Source: an uncultured archaeon (GTDB lineage: Archaea > Micrarchaeota > Micrarchaeia > Micrarchaeales > CABMGC01). Taken from it: DNA of 32,000 nucleotides. The stretch covers positions 420,001 through 452,000 of the forward strand of contig OY969902.1 in assembly GCA_963704435.1 (NCBI GenBank). Direction: 5' to 3'. Under the pieces are notes generated by a model, which was not told the origin of the DNA, did no database searches, and worked only from the letters and a program-made list of their open reading frames with translations. The position numbers were made by a program, and so were the translations under genes. Positions 24,639 through 32,000 of this stretch are shown here, piece by piece (positions within the stretch are counted from its first letter, which is position 1; each line of letters opens with the position of its first letter).

Positions 24639-25931
24639 CTACCTCTTGAGTCTGTCAACCATCTCGTGGACCCGCTTCGCCACGTCCTTCGGATTCAGGT
24701 TGCCCTTCCGCGACAGCTCGCCTATTATGAAATTGAGCGCCTTCTTGTTCTTCTCGGCGTCCTTTATGATGTCGCCGTTCTTCTCTATGAACTCCGCGAT
24801 GAGACTGTCCAGCTCCTTGGGACTCATCTGCTCATGCCTTATTCCGGAGGCCCTTCCCGCCTCGACCTCCTTTATTACCTCTCCGGTGACGACGATGTCC
24901 TTGCCCACGAGCCCGATTATCTCCTCGAAGCTCTTCTCCGACATGTCCTCGCGCTCGTATTTCTTGACCCGCTCCAGCGCGTGGATGACGTTCTTTATGT
25001 CATACCTGTCCTTGAACTTGTCTATCAGCTCCAGGCCCCTCCTGTCGAACATAGTGAGCTCCGTGAACGTCTTCGCGCCGACGCCGTACTTCTTCTCGAA
25101 ACTGAGCGCTATGTCGCTTATGTAGGTGGGCTTCTTGTAGTCCATGCCGCCTAGGTCGAAGGTGGTGAGATCGGGCTCGTACACGTAGCCGTACTCCTCG
25201 TCGGTCTCCTTCTCCCTCAGCGTCTCGGTGGTCTTCCTCTTCTCGTTGTAGCCCCTCGTCTCCTTCGCGATCGTCCCGCCCTCCTTTATTATCCTGCCCT
25301 GCCTCGCGATCTCGTACTTCGTGGCTTCGATCAGGTTCTTGATCCCCGTTATGTTCTTTATCTCGACCCTCGTCTCCGCGAGCGATATGTTGAGGTCGGT
25401 CTTCAGCTCCTTGTTTATGTCAACGCCGAGATAGTAGAGCAGGCTCCTGAGCGTCCTGAGGAAGGCCCACAGCCCTTTCTCGCTGACTATGTCTGGTTCG
25501 GTGACTATCTCGACGAGCGGAGTGCCGCACCTGTTGAAGTCCAAAAGCGTCAGGGCGCCCTCCCTGACTATCTTTGAAGGATCCTCCTCTATCTGCACCC
25601 TCCTTATCCTCACTGTCCCCTCGTCCGTCTGCAGGCGCCCGGCCCCGCCGATGGACCCATCCAGTTGGGTTATCTGGTAGGATTTAGGCAGGTCTGGATA
25701 GAAGTATACCTTTCTCACGAACGAGGCTTTCCTGTTTATCTCGCAGTGCAGCGCGCTGGCTATTCCGAGGGCGGACCTCACCGCCTCCTCGTTGAGCATC
25801 GGCTTGGATCCGGGGAACCCCATGCAGATCGGACATATCTCGGTGTTGGGCGTGTCCGACTCCATGCCGCAGGAGCAGAACAGCTTGGACTTTGTCGGCA
25901 ATGCGACGTGTATCTCTAGTCCTATCTTCAT
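24639..25931 (-). CDS. gatB: Asp/Glu-tRNA amidotransferase subunit B
   Basis: MKIGLEIHVAL...KLFCSCG...CPICMGFPGSKP. The start ATG at 25931 overlaps the gatA stop (ATGA). The longer track start at 25979 is unlikely. Confidence 0.88.
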   Translation of the reverse strand: MKIGLEIHVALPTKSKLFCSCGMESDTPNTEICPICMGFPGSKPMLNEEAVRSALGIASALHCEINRKASFVRKVYFYPDLPKSYQITQLDGSIGGAGRLQTDEGTVRIRRVQIEEDPSKIVREGALTLLDFNRCGTPLVEIVTEPDIVSEKGLWAFLRTLRSLLYYLGVDINKELKTDLNISLAETRVEIKNITGIKNLIEATKYEIARQGRIIKEGGTIAKETRGYNEKRKTTETLREKETDEEYGYVYEPDLTTFDLGGMDYKKPTYISDIALSFEKKYGVGAKTFTELTMFDRRGLELIDKFKDRYDIKNVIHALERVKKYEREDMSEKSFEEIIGLVGKDIVVTGEVIKEVEAGRASGIRHEQMSPKELDSLIAEFIEKNGDIIKDAEKNKKALNFIIGELSRKGNLNPKDVAKRVHEMVDRLKR

Positions 25932-27292
25932 AGATCTCCCAGATTGCGCTTGAACTTGTACGTGAACGACTTCTCCCACTCGCTGACGAAGTCAAGCAGC
26001 GCGTAGTCGTTCGCCTGACCTGTCACCAGCTGCGCCCCCAGCGGCATGCCATCGACGTACTCGTAAGGGAAGGAGACGTGGGGGAAGCCGCCGACGTTGG
26101 GCGGTATGGTGAATATGTCCATGGCATAGTTCTGCACGGGGCTCAGCTTGGCCGTTTCGCTTATCTTCGGTGGCAATATCGGCAGTGTGGGCGAGAGTAT
26201 GAATCCATCCTTCATGGCCTTGCTCATCTCGTTGATTATCATCCTCCTTATCATGAGCGCCTTGGTGTAGTACCTGTCCTTGACGCTCTCGCCCCTGATG
26301 AATGTACCGAGTATCACCCTCCTCTTCGCCTCCGCACCGAAGTTCGCCCTCGCCTCGGTGAAGAACTCGTTGTACTGCTTGTTGAACTCTCCGTACTGGT
26401 AGCCGTACTTGTAGCCGTTGTACTTCGCGAGGTTGGTGGATGCCTCCGCCATGGCGATTATGTAGTATGGCGCTATCGCCTTCCCGAGTATGTCTAGGCT
26501 GATCTCGGCTATCTCATAGCCAAGTCCCTCGACCCTGTTGAGCAGTTTCTCGAAATGGCCCTTTACCGCCTCGTCCGCCCCATCCATCAGCTCCTTGACG
26601 ACGAGTATCTTCCTCTTCTTCGAGCTGGTGATCTTACCTACGGCGCAGGTCATATCATAGTCGTCAGGCCCTTTTATCGTGTCGAACACGATTTTCGCAT
26701 CCTCAGCGCTCCTGGCCATCACCCCTATCTTGTCTAGCGAGTTCGCATAGTCTATCAGTCCATATCTGGATACCGCACCGTATGTTGGGGTGAATCCGAC
26801 GACGCCGTTCAGCGCCGCAGGCGCGGATATGGAACCTCCAGTCGACTCCGCCAGCGCGACATGGTACTTCAGCGACGCTGTCGCGACCGCTGCTCCGCTG
26901 CTCGACCCTCCGGCCGCATAATCTGGATCGAAGGCATTCCTTGCAGGAGTCTCGCAGTTTATGCCGAACGTGCCGAACCCGAACTCGTCCATGTTCGTCT
27001 CTCCAAGGAAGCAGAACCTCTTGCTGTTGAGCATCCTCTCTATGACCGTTGCATTGAATGGAGGCACGTATCCCTTGAGCATCTTGGACGCGGCGGTTGT
27101 CTCGAATCCCTTTACGCAGATGTTCGCCTTGGAGCTGAACGGCATCAGGTCCGAATGGCCTTCAGCCAGGTCCTCATTGATGGTCGTGAAGGCATGGTGC
27201 GTCCTGTTCAGCTTGGCCACGTCGGAAAGCAGCTTCTCATAGTAACCGGAAGGCTTCTTCTTCGCTGCAAACTCCCTTATGTAGCTGGTCAT
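25928..27292 (-). CDS. gatA: Asp/Glu-tRNA amidotransferase subunit A (amidase family)
   Basis: Amidase signature GGSSSGAAVA...ESTGGSISAPAA. The start ATG at 27292 (MTSYIREF...) overlaps the gatC stop (ATGA). The track start at 27430 lies inside gatC. Confidence 0.88.
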   Translation of the reverse strand: MTSYIREFAAKKKPSGYYEKLLSDVAKLNRTHHAFTTINEDLAEGHSDLMPFSSKANICVKGFETTAASKMLKGYVPPFNATVIERMLNSKRFCFLGETNMDEFGFGTFGINCETPARNAFDPDYAAGGSSSGAAVATASLKYHVALAESTGGSISAPAALNGVVGFTPTYGAVSRYGLIDYANSLDKIGVMARSAEDAKIVFDTIKGPDDYDMTCAVGKITSSKKRKILVVKELMDGADEAVKGHFEKLLNRVEGLGYEIAEISLDILGKAIAPYYIIAMAEASTNLAKYNGYKYGYQYGEFNKQYNEFFTEARANFGAEAKRRVILGTFIRGESVKDRYYTKALMIRRMIINEMSKAMKDGFILSPTLPILPPKISETAKLSPVQNYAMDIFTIPPNVGGFPHVSFPYEYVDGMPLGAQLVTGQANDYALLDFVSEWEKSFTYKFKRNLGDL

Positions 27293-27558
27293 AGCTTCGG
27301 CCCGCGTATGTATTCGTCGTGGAATGTGGCGCCCTTCTTCAAGCCATCGATATCCTTGAACTTCCTTATTACGTCCTTCCTGAACCTGGTCGGAACGTCT
27401 ATGGGCTGGTATGCCGGCTTCTCCCTGCATTCCACGGCCTGGATCCGGTCGAAGTAGGAGATTATCTCCTCTATGTCATTCCTTATCTTTGCTCTTTCCT
27501 CGGTGCTGAGCCTAACCCTTGAGATCTTCAGGAGGCGCTCGAACTCGCTGTCCTTCAT
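27289..27558 (-). CDS. gatC: Asp/Glu-tRNA amidotransferase subunit C
   Basis: MKDSEFERLLKISRVRLSTEERAKIRNDIEEIISYFDRI is typical GatC. I prefer the ATG at 27558. TATA-like ttttataa (minus, plus 27584-27591) lies about 26-33 nt upstream. Confidence 0.75.
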   Translation of the reverse strand: MKDSEFERLLKISRVRLSTEERAKIRNDIEEIISYFDRIQAVECREKPAYQPIDVPTRFRKDVIRKFKDIDGLKKGATFHDEYIRGPKL

Positions 27559-27692
27559 AATTCCGTATTTGTGCGCCACCAATTATAAAACCGATGTTCA
27601 GTCATTCTCCGACTGGTAAAACGCGCAGTTCACGCTAAGCAGGCAAAGAGTAATAGCGTTTTCCATCGGAATATATTAGTTGGTAGTGCGGG

Positions 27693-28271
27693 ATGCCCGA
27701 GGATAAGCTGCTCGAGAAGTACAACAGCCTATATCTAGAGGTGATAATGCGCTACAAGGAGTACATAGAGGAGCGGGAGACGCTGCACGTCGCCGAGCTC
27801 CCTACTCTCGTCGTGCCCAATGATGAGGCCGTAGTCTCCAGCGTCAAGAACATAAAGGCGATGTTCTCGTCCTATGGGTATGATGCCGACTTCCCGGAGG
27901 CCGCGAGGGAGGCTGAGTGGTACATCAGGGAGCGGATAACCACAACAAGTCTGCCGATCCAGTTCTGGCTGAGGCCGAGCCAGACGATAACTCTCGAGGC
28001 AGGGGACGTGTTCGACAAGGCGGTCCTCCTGTGCAGCCTTCTCATAGGCCTGGGCAACGTATCGAGCAAGATAGTTGCAGTGATGGACGGTAGCAGCAGG
28101 AAGATCGCCGTCTACTGCGAATTCAACGACAGGATCATGTTCTTCGACATGGACGGAAAGGCGGCTGAGTTCGGTACGAAAGACGAGATGCTCTCAAGCA
28201 TGGGGATTGGAAAGGGCGAGGACGTAACGGCCTACGAATTCAACGACAAGATGTACAACAACTTGGCGTAA
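27693..28271 (+). CDS. Hypothetical protein (192 aa), possibly a transglutaminase-like fold without the catalytic Cys
   Basis: GDVFDKAVLLCSLLIGLGNVSSKIVAV...IAVYCEFNDRIMFFDMDG follows the spacing of a TGase core. It has D/V where the nucleophile Cys would be. Weak, by eye only. Confidence 0.4.
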   Translation: MPEDKLLEKYNSLYLEVIMRYKEYIEERETLHVAELPTLVVPNDEAVVSSVKNIKAMFSSYGYDADFPEAAREAEWYIRERITTTSLPIQFWLRPSQTITLEAGDVFDKAVLLCSLLIGLGNVSSKIVAVMDGSSRKIAVYCEFNDRIMFFDMDGKAAEFGTKDEMLSSMGIGKGEDVTAYEFNDKMYNNLA

Positions 28272-28302
28272 GTGGAGTCCATCGTAGATAAAAAACACAG
28301 TC

Positions 28303-28374
28303 TGGGCCCGCGGAGAATCGGACTCCGGGTCTTCTCTCTGTGAAAGAGACGTCTTACCACTCGACTACGAGCCC
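28303..28374 (-). tRNA. tRNA-Val (anticodon CAC), no intron, CCA not encoded
   Basis: Minus strand: GGGCTCG TA GTCG AGTGGTA AGAC G TCTCT TTCACAG AGAGA AGACC CGGAG TCCGATT CTCCG CGGGCCC A. It has a 7-bp acceptor stem (one G-U), 5-bp anticodon and T stems, U33 and A37. Confidence 0.85.
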
Positions 28375-28400
28375 ATTGCTAACAGTATGCTCTGCGAAAC

Positions 28401-28410
28401 AATATAAAAT
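28401..28410. promoter_or_regulatory. Shared A/T-rich TATA element between divergent tRNA-Val and the adenosyltransferase gene
   Basis: aatataaaat lies 27-36 nt from the tRNA 5' end (28374, minus) and 26-35 nt from the ATG at 28436 (plus). Confidence 0.35.
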
Positions 28411-28435
28411 TAGCACGGCATAGGTAATTGATAGT

Positions 28436-28975
28436 ATGCCTTTTTACACAGGGAAAGGGGATAGAGGGGGCTCCTGCCTTTTCGGAAGCAAAAGAGTCCC
28501 GAAGGGAGATCCCATATTCGACGTTATAGGCGACGTGGACGAGCTCAACAGCTCTGTCGGAGTCGCGCTTTACTACATCCGCGATGATCTAGTGAGAGGC
28601 GAGCTGCGCGCGGTGCAGAACGACCTTTTTGTGGTCGGGTCGGGCCTAGCATCGCCCCAGAACGACGGGATAAAGGCAGGTAAGCTTGGCAGCAAGGAGG
28701 TCGCAAGACTCGAGGACGCGATGAGGGACATAGAGCGAAGGGTTCCCCCGCCAAAGAAGTTCGTGATCCCGGGAGGCTGCGAGGGAGCGGTGCACCTGCA
28801 CGCCGCACGGGCGGCCGCTAGAAGGGCGGAGAGGAGCGCCATAAGGGCCTCCGGCAAATGCAAAGTGGACGCCGAGGCGCTGAGATACCTGAACAGGCTC
28901 TCGTCCTATCTCTTCGCCGCCGCGATATACCTGAACTATATCGAAGGGATAAAGGAATCGCACCCGACCTATTGA
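28436..28975 (+). CDS. ATP:cob(I)alamin adenosyltransferase, PduO/MMAB type
   Basis: N-terminal YTGKGDRGGS...DVIGDVDELNSSVG, and later FVIPGG...HLHAARAAARRAER...LNRLSSYLF. Confidence 0.8.
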   Translation: MPFYTGKGDRGGSCLFGSKRVPKGDPIFDVIGDVDELNSSVGVALYYIRDDLVRGELRAVQNDLFVVGSGLASPQNDGIKAGKLGSKEVARLEDAMRDIERRVPPPKKFVIPGGCEGAVHLHAARAAARRAERSAIRASGKCKVDAEALRYLNRLSSYLFAAAIYLNYIEGIKESHPTY

Positions 28976-29445
28976 GGCTGCGCCTGCACGCTGAAGTACT
29001 CCCTGAATTTGTTGGTCACGCTGATTCTCCTGCTCCTTCCCTGCTTCTTCGACTCTATGAAGCCCTTCTCGGTGAGCTCCTTTACGTGGTCGTAGGTCGA
29101 TGCCCCGAAGAGCCTGACAAGCTCGCTCTGCAGCGCGTTGTCGTTCTTGCTGACGTACGCCAGAAGCCTCAGGGACCCCTTCGTTATGTCGGGACCGCTG
29201 GCGAACCTGCTGACCTTGCTGGCATACGGCTCCTTCAGGCTGAACATGAACCTCTTGTCGATCTCCACGACCTCGATCGCGGTGTCCCTAGTCCTGTAGT
29301 CGTCGGCAAGTTCCCTGACCAGTTTCTCCACGTGGCCAACCGACGCTATGCCGGTCATCTCCGCGAGCTCGCCCGCGCTGAGCGCATTGGTGGACATGAA
29401 CAGCGCTGCCTCGACGAGCTTCCTGTAATCCTGCTGTGCCTCCAC
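28969..29445 (-). CDS. scpB: Segregation and condensation protein B (ScpB-like, tandem winged helix)
   Basis: Proposed GTG start at 29445: VEAQQDYRKLVEAALFMSTNALSAGELAEMTG...ITKGSLRLLAYVSKN...SELVRLFG. The long Arg/Gly-rich N-terminal part of track ORF 28969-30075 overlaps scpA out of frame and is rejected. Confidence 0.65.
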   Translation of the reverse strand: MEAQQDYRKLVEAALFMSTNALSAGELAEMTGIASVGHVEKLVRELADDYRTRDTAIEVVEIDKRFMFSLKEPYASKVSRFASGPDITKGSLRLLAYVSKNDNALQSELVRLFGASTYDHVKELTEKGFIESKKQGRSRRISVTNKFREYFSVQAQPQ

Positions 29446-29453
29446 CCTGCCAC

Positions 29454-30143
29454 CTAGTTCAGCGCTATTATTATCTCCCTGAAGAAGTCCTCCTGGATCA
29501 GGAGCACACGGTTCCTGTTGGCGAGGAACAGAAGCGGTATGAACACATCGAGCAGCGCGTCGGGACTCTGCGACAGCGAGCGCAGGGATGAGAACGTCAG
29601 CGCCCTGCTGGAGTCCACATTCTCCTTTATGACGGAATACAGGGCCTCCACATCCGCCTCCACGTCGACCCTCGTCAGCACGAGCGGAACCGACTTCCCC
29701 TCGCTCATCAGCCTCTCGGTCCTGTACTCCTTGAGCCTCATCGCCTCGTCCAGTGCACTTATGAGCTCGTGGAGCGTGACCCTCCTCCTCGGGGGCAGCC
29801 TCAGCCTCACGGACAGGCCGTCGACCTGCACGAACGGCCTCTCGGAAGGGATAGAACCGTCCATCTCGGCCGCGACGGGGTCCTCGAGCTCCAGCATGTC
29901 GCTCTTGAGCCTCAGCATTATGGACGCGGCCAGTATGATGTTCGCGGGCACCCTGAGGTCCATGACCCGCAGCCCCCTTACGACGTCGACGTACTTGCCC
30001 ACTATGTCGATTATGTCCAGGTCCCAAGGGTTCAACTCGTCCTTCTTGACCAGGTCCAGGAGTATGTCCTTCCACGTCGCCTCCTTGACGAAGTCCTCTA
30101 TGTTGAAACGAGGCAGGCTAACAACTGCCGTCAGGCTCTGCAT
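29454..30143 (-). CDS. scpA: Segregation and condensation protein A (ScpA, kleisin)
   Basis: 229 aa. NPWDLDIIDIVGKYVDVV...ANIILAASIMLRLKSDML is the typical ScpA N-terminal region. It lies directly upstream of the scpB-like gene. Confidence 0.7.
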   Translation of the reverse strand: MQSLTAVVSLPRFNIEDFVKEATWKDILLDLVKKDELNPWDLDIIDIVGKYVDVVRGLRVMDLRVPANIILAASIMLRLKSDMLELEDPVAAEMDGSIPSERPFVQVDGLSVRLRLPPRRRVTLHELISALDEAMRLKEYRTERLMSEGKSVPLVLTRVDVEADVEALYSVIKENVDSSRALTFSSLRSLSQSPDALLDVFIPLLFLANRNRVLLIQEDFFREIIIALN

Positions 30144-30300
30144 CCGGTCGCCGGAATTAATCGAGAGATATAGAAATAAATACCTTAGCTACCTGCACGG
30201 CTGGTTGCGCGGGCGGGGCTTTTACCGGAAGGGCATGGAGAAATTCGGACAGGTACGCATCCATAATTTAATGTTTTGGCTTTCAATATGCTGGGGTTGC

Positions 30301-31920
30301 ATGTCTGCTTTTAAGAACGAGTTCACGTACAGGCGCCTGCTGGACGGTGGCAAGGAGGAGGAGTTCGATGCACTTTTCGAAGGCGCGGTCGCCGAAGTGA
30401 AGAGGACGGTTCTCGGTAAGAGGTTCCCGATGTGGATAGGCGGAAAGGAGGAGTACGCCAGCGAGGAGCTCCTGGAGATGTCTCCCATAGACGGCTCACT
30501 CATCGGAAGGTTCCAGAAGGGCACGCGTGAGCACGCCAGGCTAGCCATCGGGGCCGCGCTCTCCGCCTTCGGGGCGTGGAGCCGGACGGACTACAGGGAG
30601 CGCGCAAAGATCATGGCGAACGCGGCGGGCGCCTTCAGGAAGCGCAAGTTCGAGGTCGCCGCTGCGCTGAGCATCGAGAACGGGAAGACCCGATACGAGT
30701 CTGTAGGAGAGGTGGACGAGGCCATAGACTTCCTGAACTACTATTCCGGAGAGATCTTGAGGAACAGGGGCTATGTGAGGAAGACCAAGATACTTGGCAC
30801 CGCGAAGGACGTTGCCGAGGGCTTCCAGGGCGCCCCGGGAAAAGGGGAGAAGGTCACAATAGCGATGAAACCCTACGGAGTGTTCGGGGTCATAGCGCCG
30901 TTCAACTTCCCGATATCGATATCCACAGGCATGAGCTGCGGTGCGGCCATAACAGGCAACACGGTGGTCTTCAAACCCTCCTCGACCGATGAATCGACGA
31001 TGCTGACTGGCCTGAAGATCTATGAAATATTCAAGGAGGCGGGCGTGCCGGATGGCGTCTTCAACTATGTCACAGGCCCCGGATCTGAGGTGGGCGACGA
31101 GCTCGTCGTCAACAGGGACGTCAGCGGAATAGTGTTCACGGGCTCGAGGGCCACTGGAATGGGCATGATAAGGAAGTTTTACGACCTTGGTCAGCAGAAA
31201 GTCTTCGTCGTGGAAATGGGAGGGAAGAACCCCGCCATTGTTTCGAAGTACGCAGACATTGGAGATGCTGTCGAGGGAATCGCATCTTCGGCTTTCGGTT
31301 ACGCGGGCCAGAAGTGCAGCGCATGCTCGAGGGTCTACGTCCAGGAATCGGTAAAGGAGGAGTTCATAAGCGGGCTTGTAGACAAGATGAGGTCGATGAA
31401 GATCGGGAACCCGCTTGACAAGGACGTTTACGTTGGCCCGCTTGTGGGAAGCAAGGCTCTCTCCAGGTACACTTCGAGCGTGGAGGAGGCGAAGAGGTCG
31501 GGAAGGGTCGTATACGGAGGCAATGCTGCCAACACGGGGCTGGGTGGCGCTTACGTAGAGCCGACGCTGGTCGAAGTGGGGCAGTCGAGCCGGCTGATGC
31601 ACGACGAGCTTTTCGTCCCCATGCTGGCCCTTGACACATTCGGGAAGTTCGAGGAGGCGTTGGCAAAGGCAAATGACGTCGAATACGGGCTGACCGCCGG
31701 CCTATACAGCAGGAACAGGAAGGAGATCAGGGAGTTCTCGAATGGAATCCAGGCAGGCACCGTATACATAAACAGGAAGTCTGACGCGACGACCGGAGCG
31801 ATAGTCGGCGCGCACACCTTCGTCGGCTGGAAGGGAAGCGGACTCTCAGGCAAGGGCACGGGCAGCAGGTTCTACCTACAGCAGTTCCTGAGGGAACAGA
31901 GCCTGGCCGAGGTAAAGTGA
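30301..31920 (+). CDS. Aldehyde dehydrogenase, 1-pyrroline-5-carboxylate (L-glutamate gamma-semialdehyde) dehydrogenase type
   Basis: ATG at 30301 (MSAFKNEFTY...). EVDEAIDFLNYY, FNFP, VVEMGGKNP, catalytic GQKCSACSR and C-terminal GWKGSGLSGKG. The track start at 29518 is antisense to scpA and rejected. Confidence 0.8.
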   Translation: MSAFKNEFTYRRLLDGGKEEEFDALFEGAVAEVKRTVLGKRFPMWIGGKEEYASEELLEMSPIDGSLIGRFQKGTREHARLAIGAALSAFGAWSRTDYRERAKIMANAAGAFRKRKFEVAAALSIENGKTRYESVGEVDEAIDFLNYYSGEILRNRGYVRKTKILGTAKDVAEGFQGAPGKGEKVTIAMKPYGVFGVIAPFNFPISISTGMSCGAAITGNTVVFKPSSTDESTMLTGLKIYEIFKEAGVPDGVFNYVTGPGSEVGDELVVNRDVSGIVFTGSRATGMGMIRKFYDLGQQKVFVVEMGGKNPAIVSKYADIGDAVEGIASSAFGYAGQKCSACSRVYVQESVKEEFISGLVDKMRSMKIGNPLDKDVYVGPLVGSKALSRYTSSVEEAKRSGRVVYGGNAANTGLGGAYVEPTLVEVGQSSRLMHDELFVPMLALDTFGKFEEALAKANDVEYGLTAGLYSRNRKEIREFSNGIQAGTVYINRKSDATTGAIVGAHTFVGWKGSGLSGKGTGSRFYLQQFLREQSLAEVK

Positions 31921-32000
31921 CGGCATATGATGCGTTTGCTCCATCGGGTGCTCAGGCCGAAATATGGCAAGGGAAGGATACGCCATAAGGGCAGGACGAT

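Noticed and set aside
28969-30075. 368-aa ORF as a single protein
   Set aside because: Only the C-terminal roughly 158 aa (from the GTG at 29445) look like ScpB. The N-terminal Arg/Gly-rich part overlaps scpA out of frame.
29518-30300. N-terminal 261 aa of the 800-aa plus-strand ORF
   Set aside because: It is a Ser-rich antisense translation of scpA. The aldehyde dehydrogenase homology begins at the ATG at 30301, which has a TATA-like ataatttaat about 30 nt upstream.
1-32000. CRISPR arrays, transposases/IS elements, integrases or prophage genes
   Set aside because: I saw no regularly spaced direct repeats and no transposase- or integrase-like ORFs anywhere in the window.
31927-32000. Possible gene start (atgatgcgt..., MMRLLHRVLRPKYGKGRIRHKGRT) at the right edge
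   Set aside because: Only 24 codons are visible. There is no recognisable family, so it cannot be supported.

Overview
This is an archaeal chromosomal window. Evidence: Orc1/Cdc6, RNase P proteins Rpp30 and Pop5, prefoldin beta, an archaeal-type uS13-uS4-uS11 operon, TATA-box-like promoters 20-40 nt upstream of starts, and a tRNA without encoded CCA. Genes are tightly packed, G+C-rich, and strongly prefer AGG (Arg) and ATA (Ile) codons. ATGA/TGATG overlaps and non-ATG starts are frequent. A small-genome DPANN/Micrarchaeota-like lineage is my inference only. Housekeeping content includes ADP-forming acetyl-CoA synthetase (beta and alpha subunits), a DHH phosphoesterase-Mre11 pair, and a polyprenol/glycosylation membrane cluster (dolichol-kinase-like protein, large membrane protein, UppS, GT-C glycosyltransferase). 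It also includes Apt, an orphan 23S rRNA gene bracketed by a 17-bp processing stem, a vapBC toxin-antitoxin pair, AspRS convergent with a translationally coupled gatCAB operon, tRNA-Val(CAC), a PduO-type adenosyltransferase, ScpA/ScpB and a P5C-dehydrogenase-type aldehyde dehydrogenase. The stand-out is a visibly A+T-richer insert of about 2.7 kb (about 1634-4342) carrying a compact diversity-generating retroelement (DGR) on the minus strand. It consists of a 282-aa target gene with an 88-bp variable repeat (VR, 3410-3497), a non-coding 88-bp template repeat (TR, 2911-2998), and a DGR-type reverse transcriptase (2877->1788). TR and VR differ at 19 positions, and every one is a TR adenine. The TR encodes 11 AAY codons in the target reading frame. 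The RT is split into two frames by a G11 homopolymer. No Avd-like accessory gene is visible. All coordinates and counts come from hand reading of the sequence. No database search was run.
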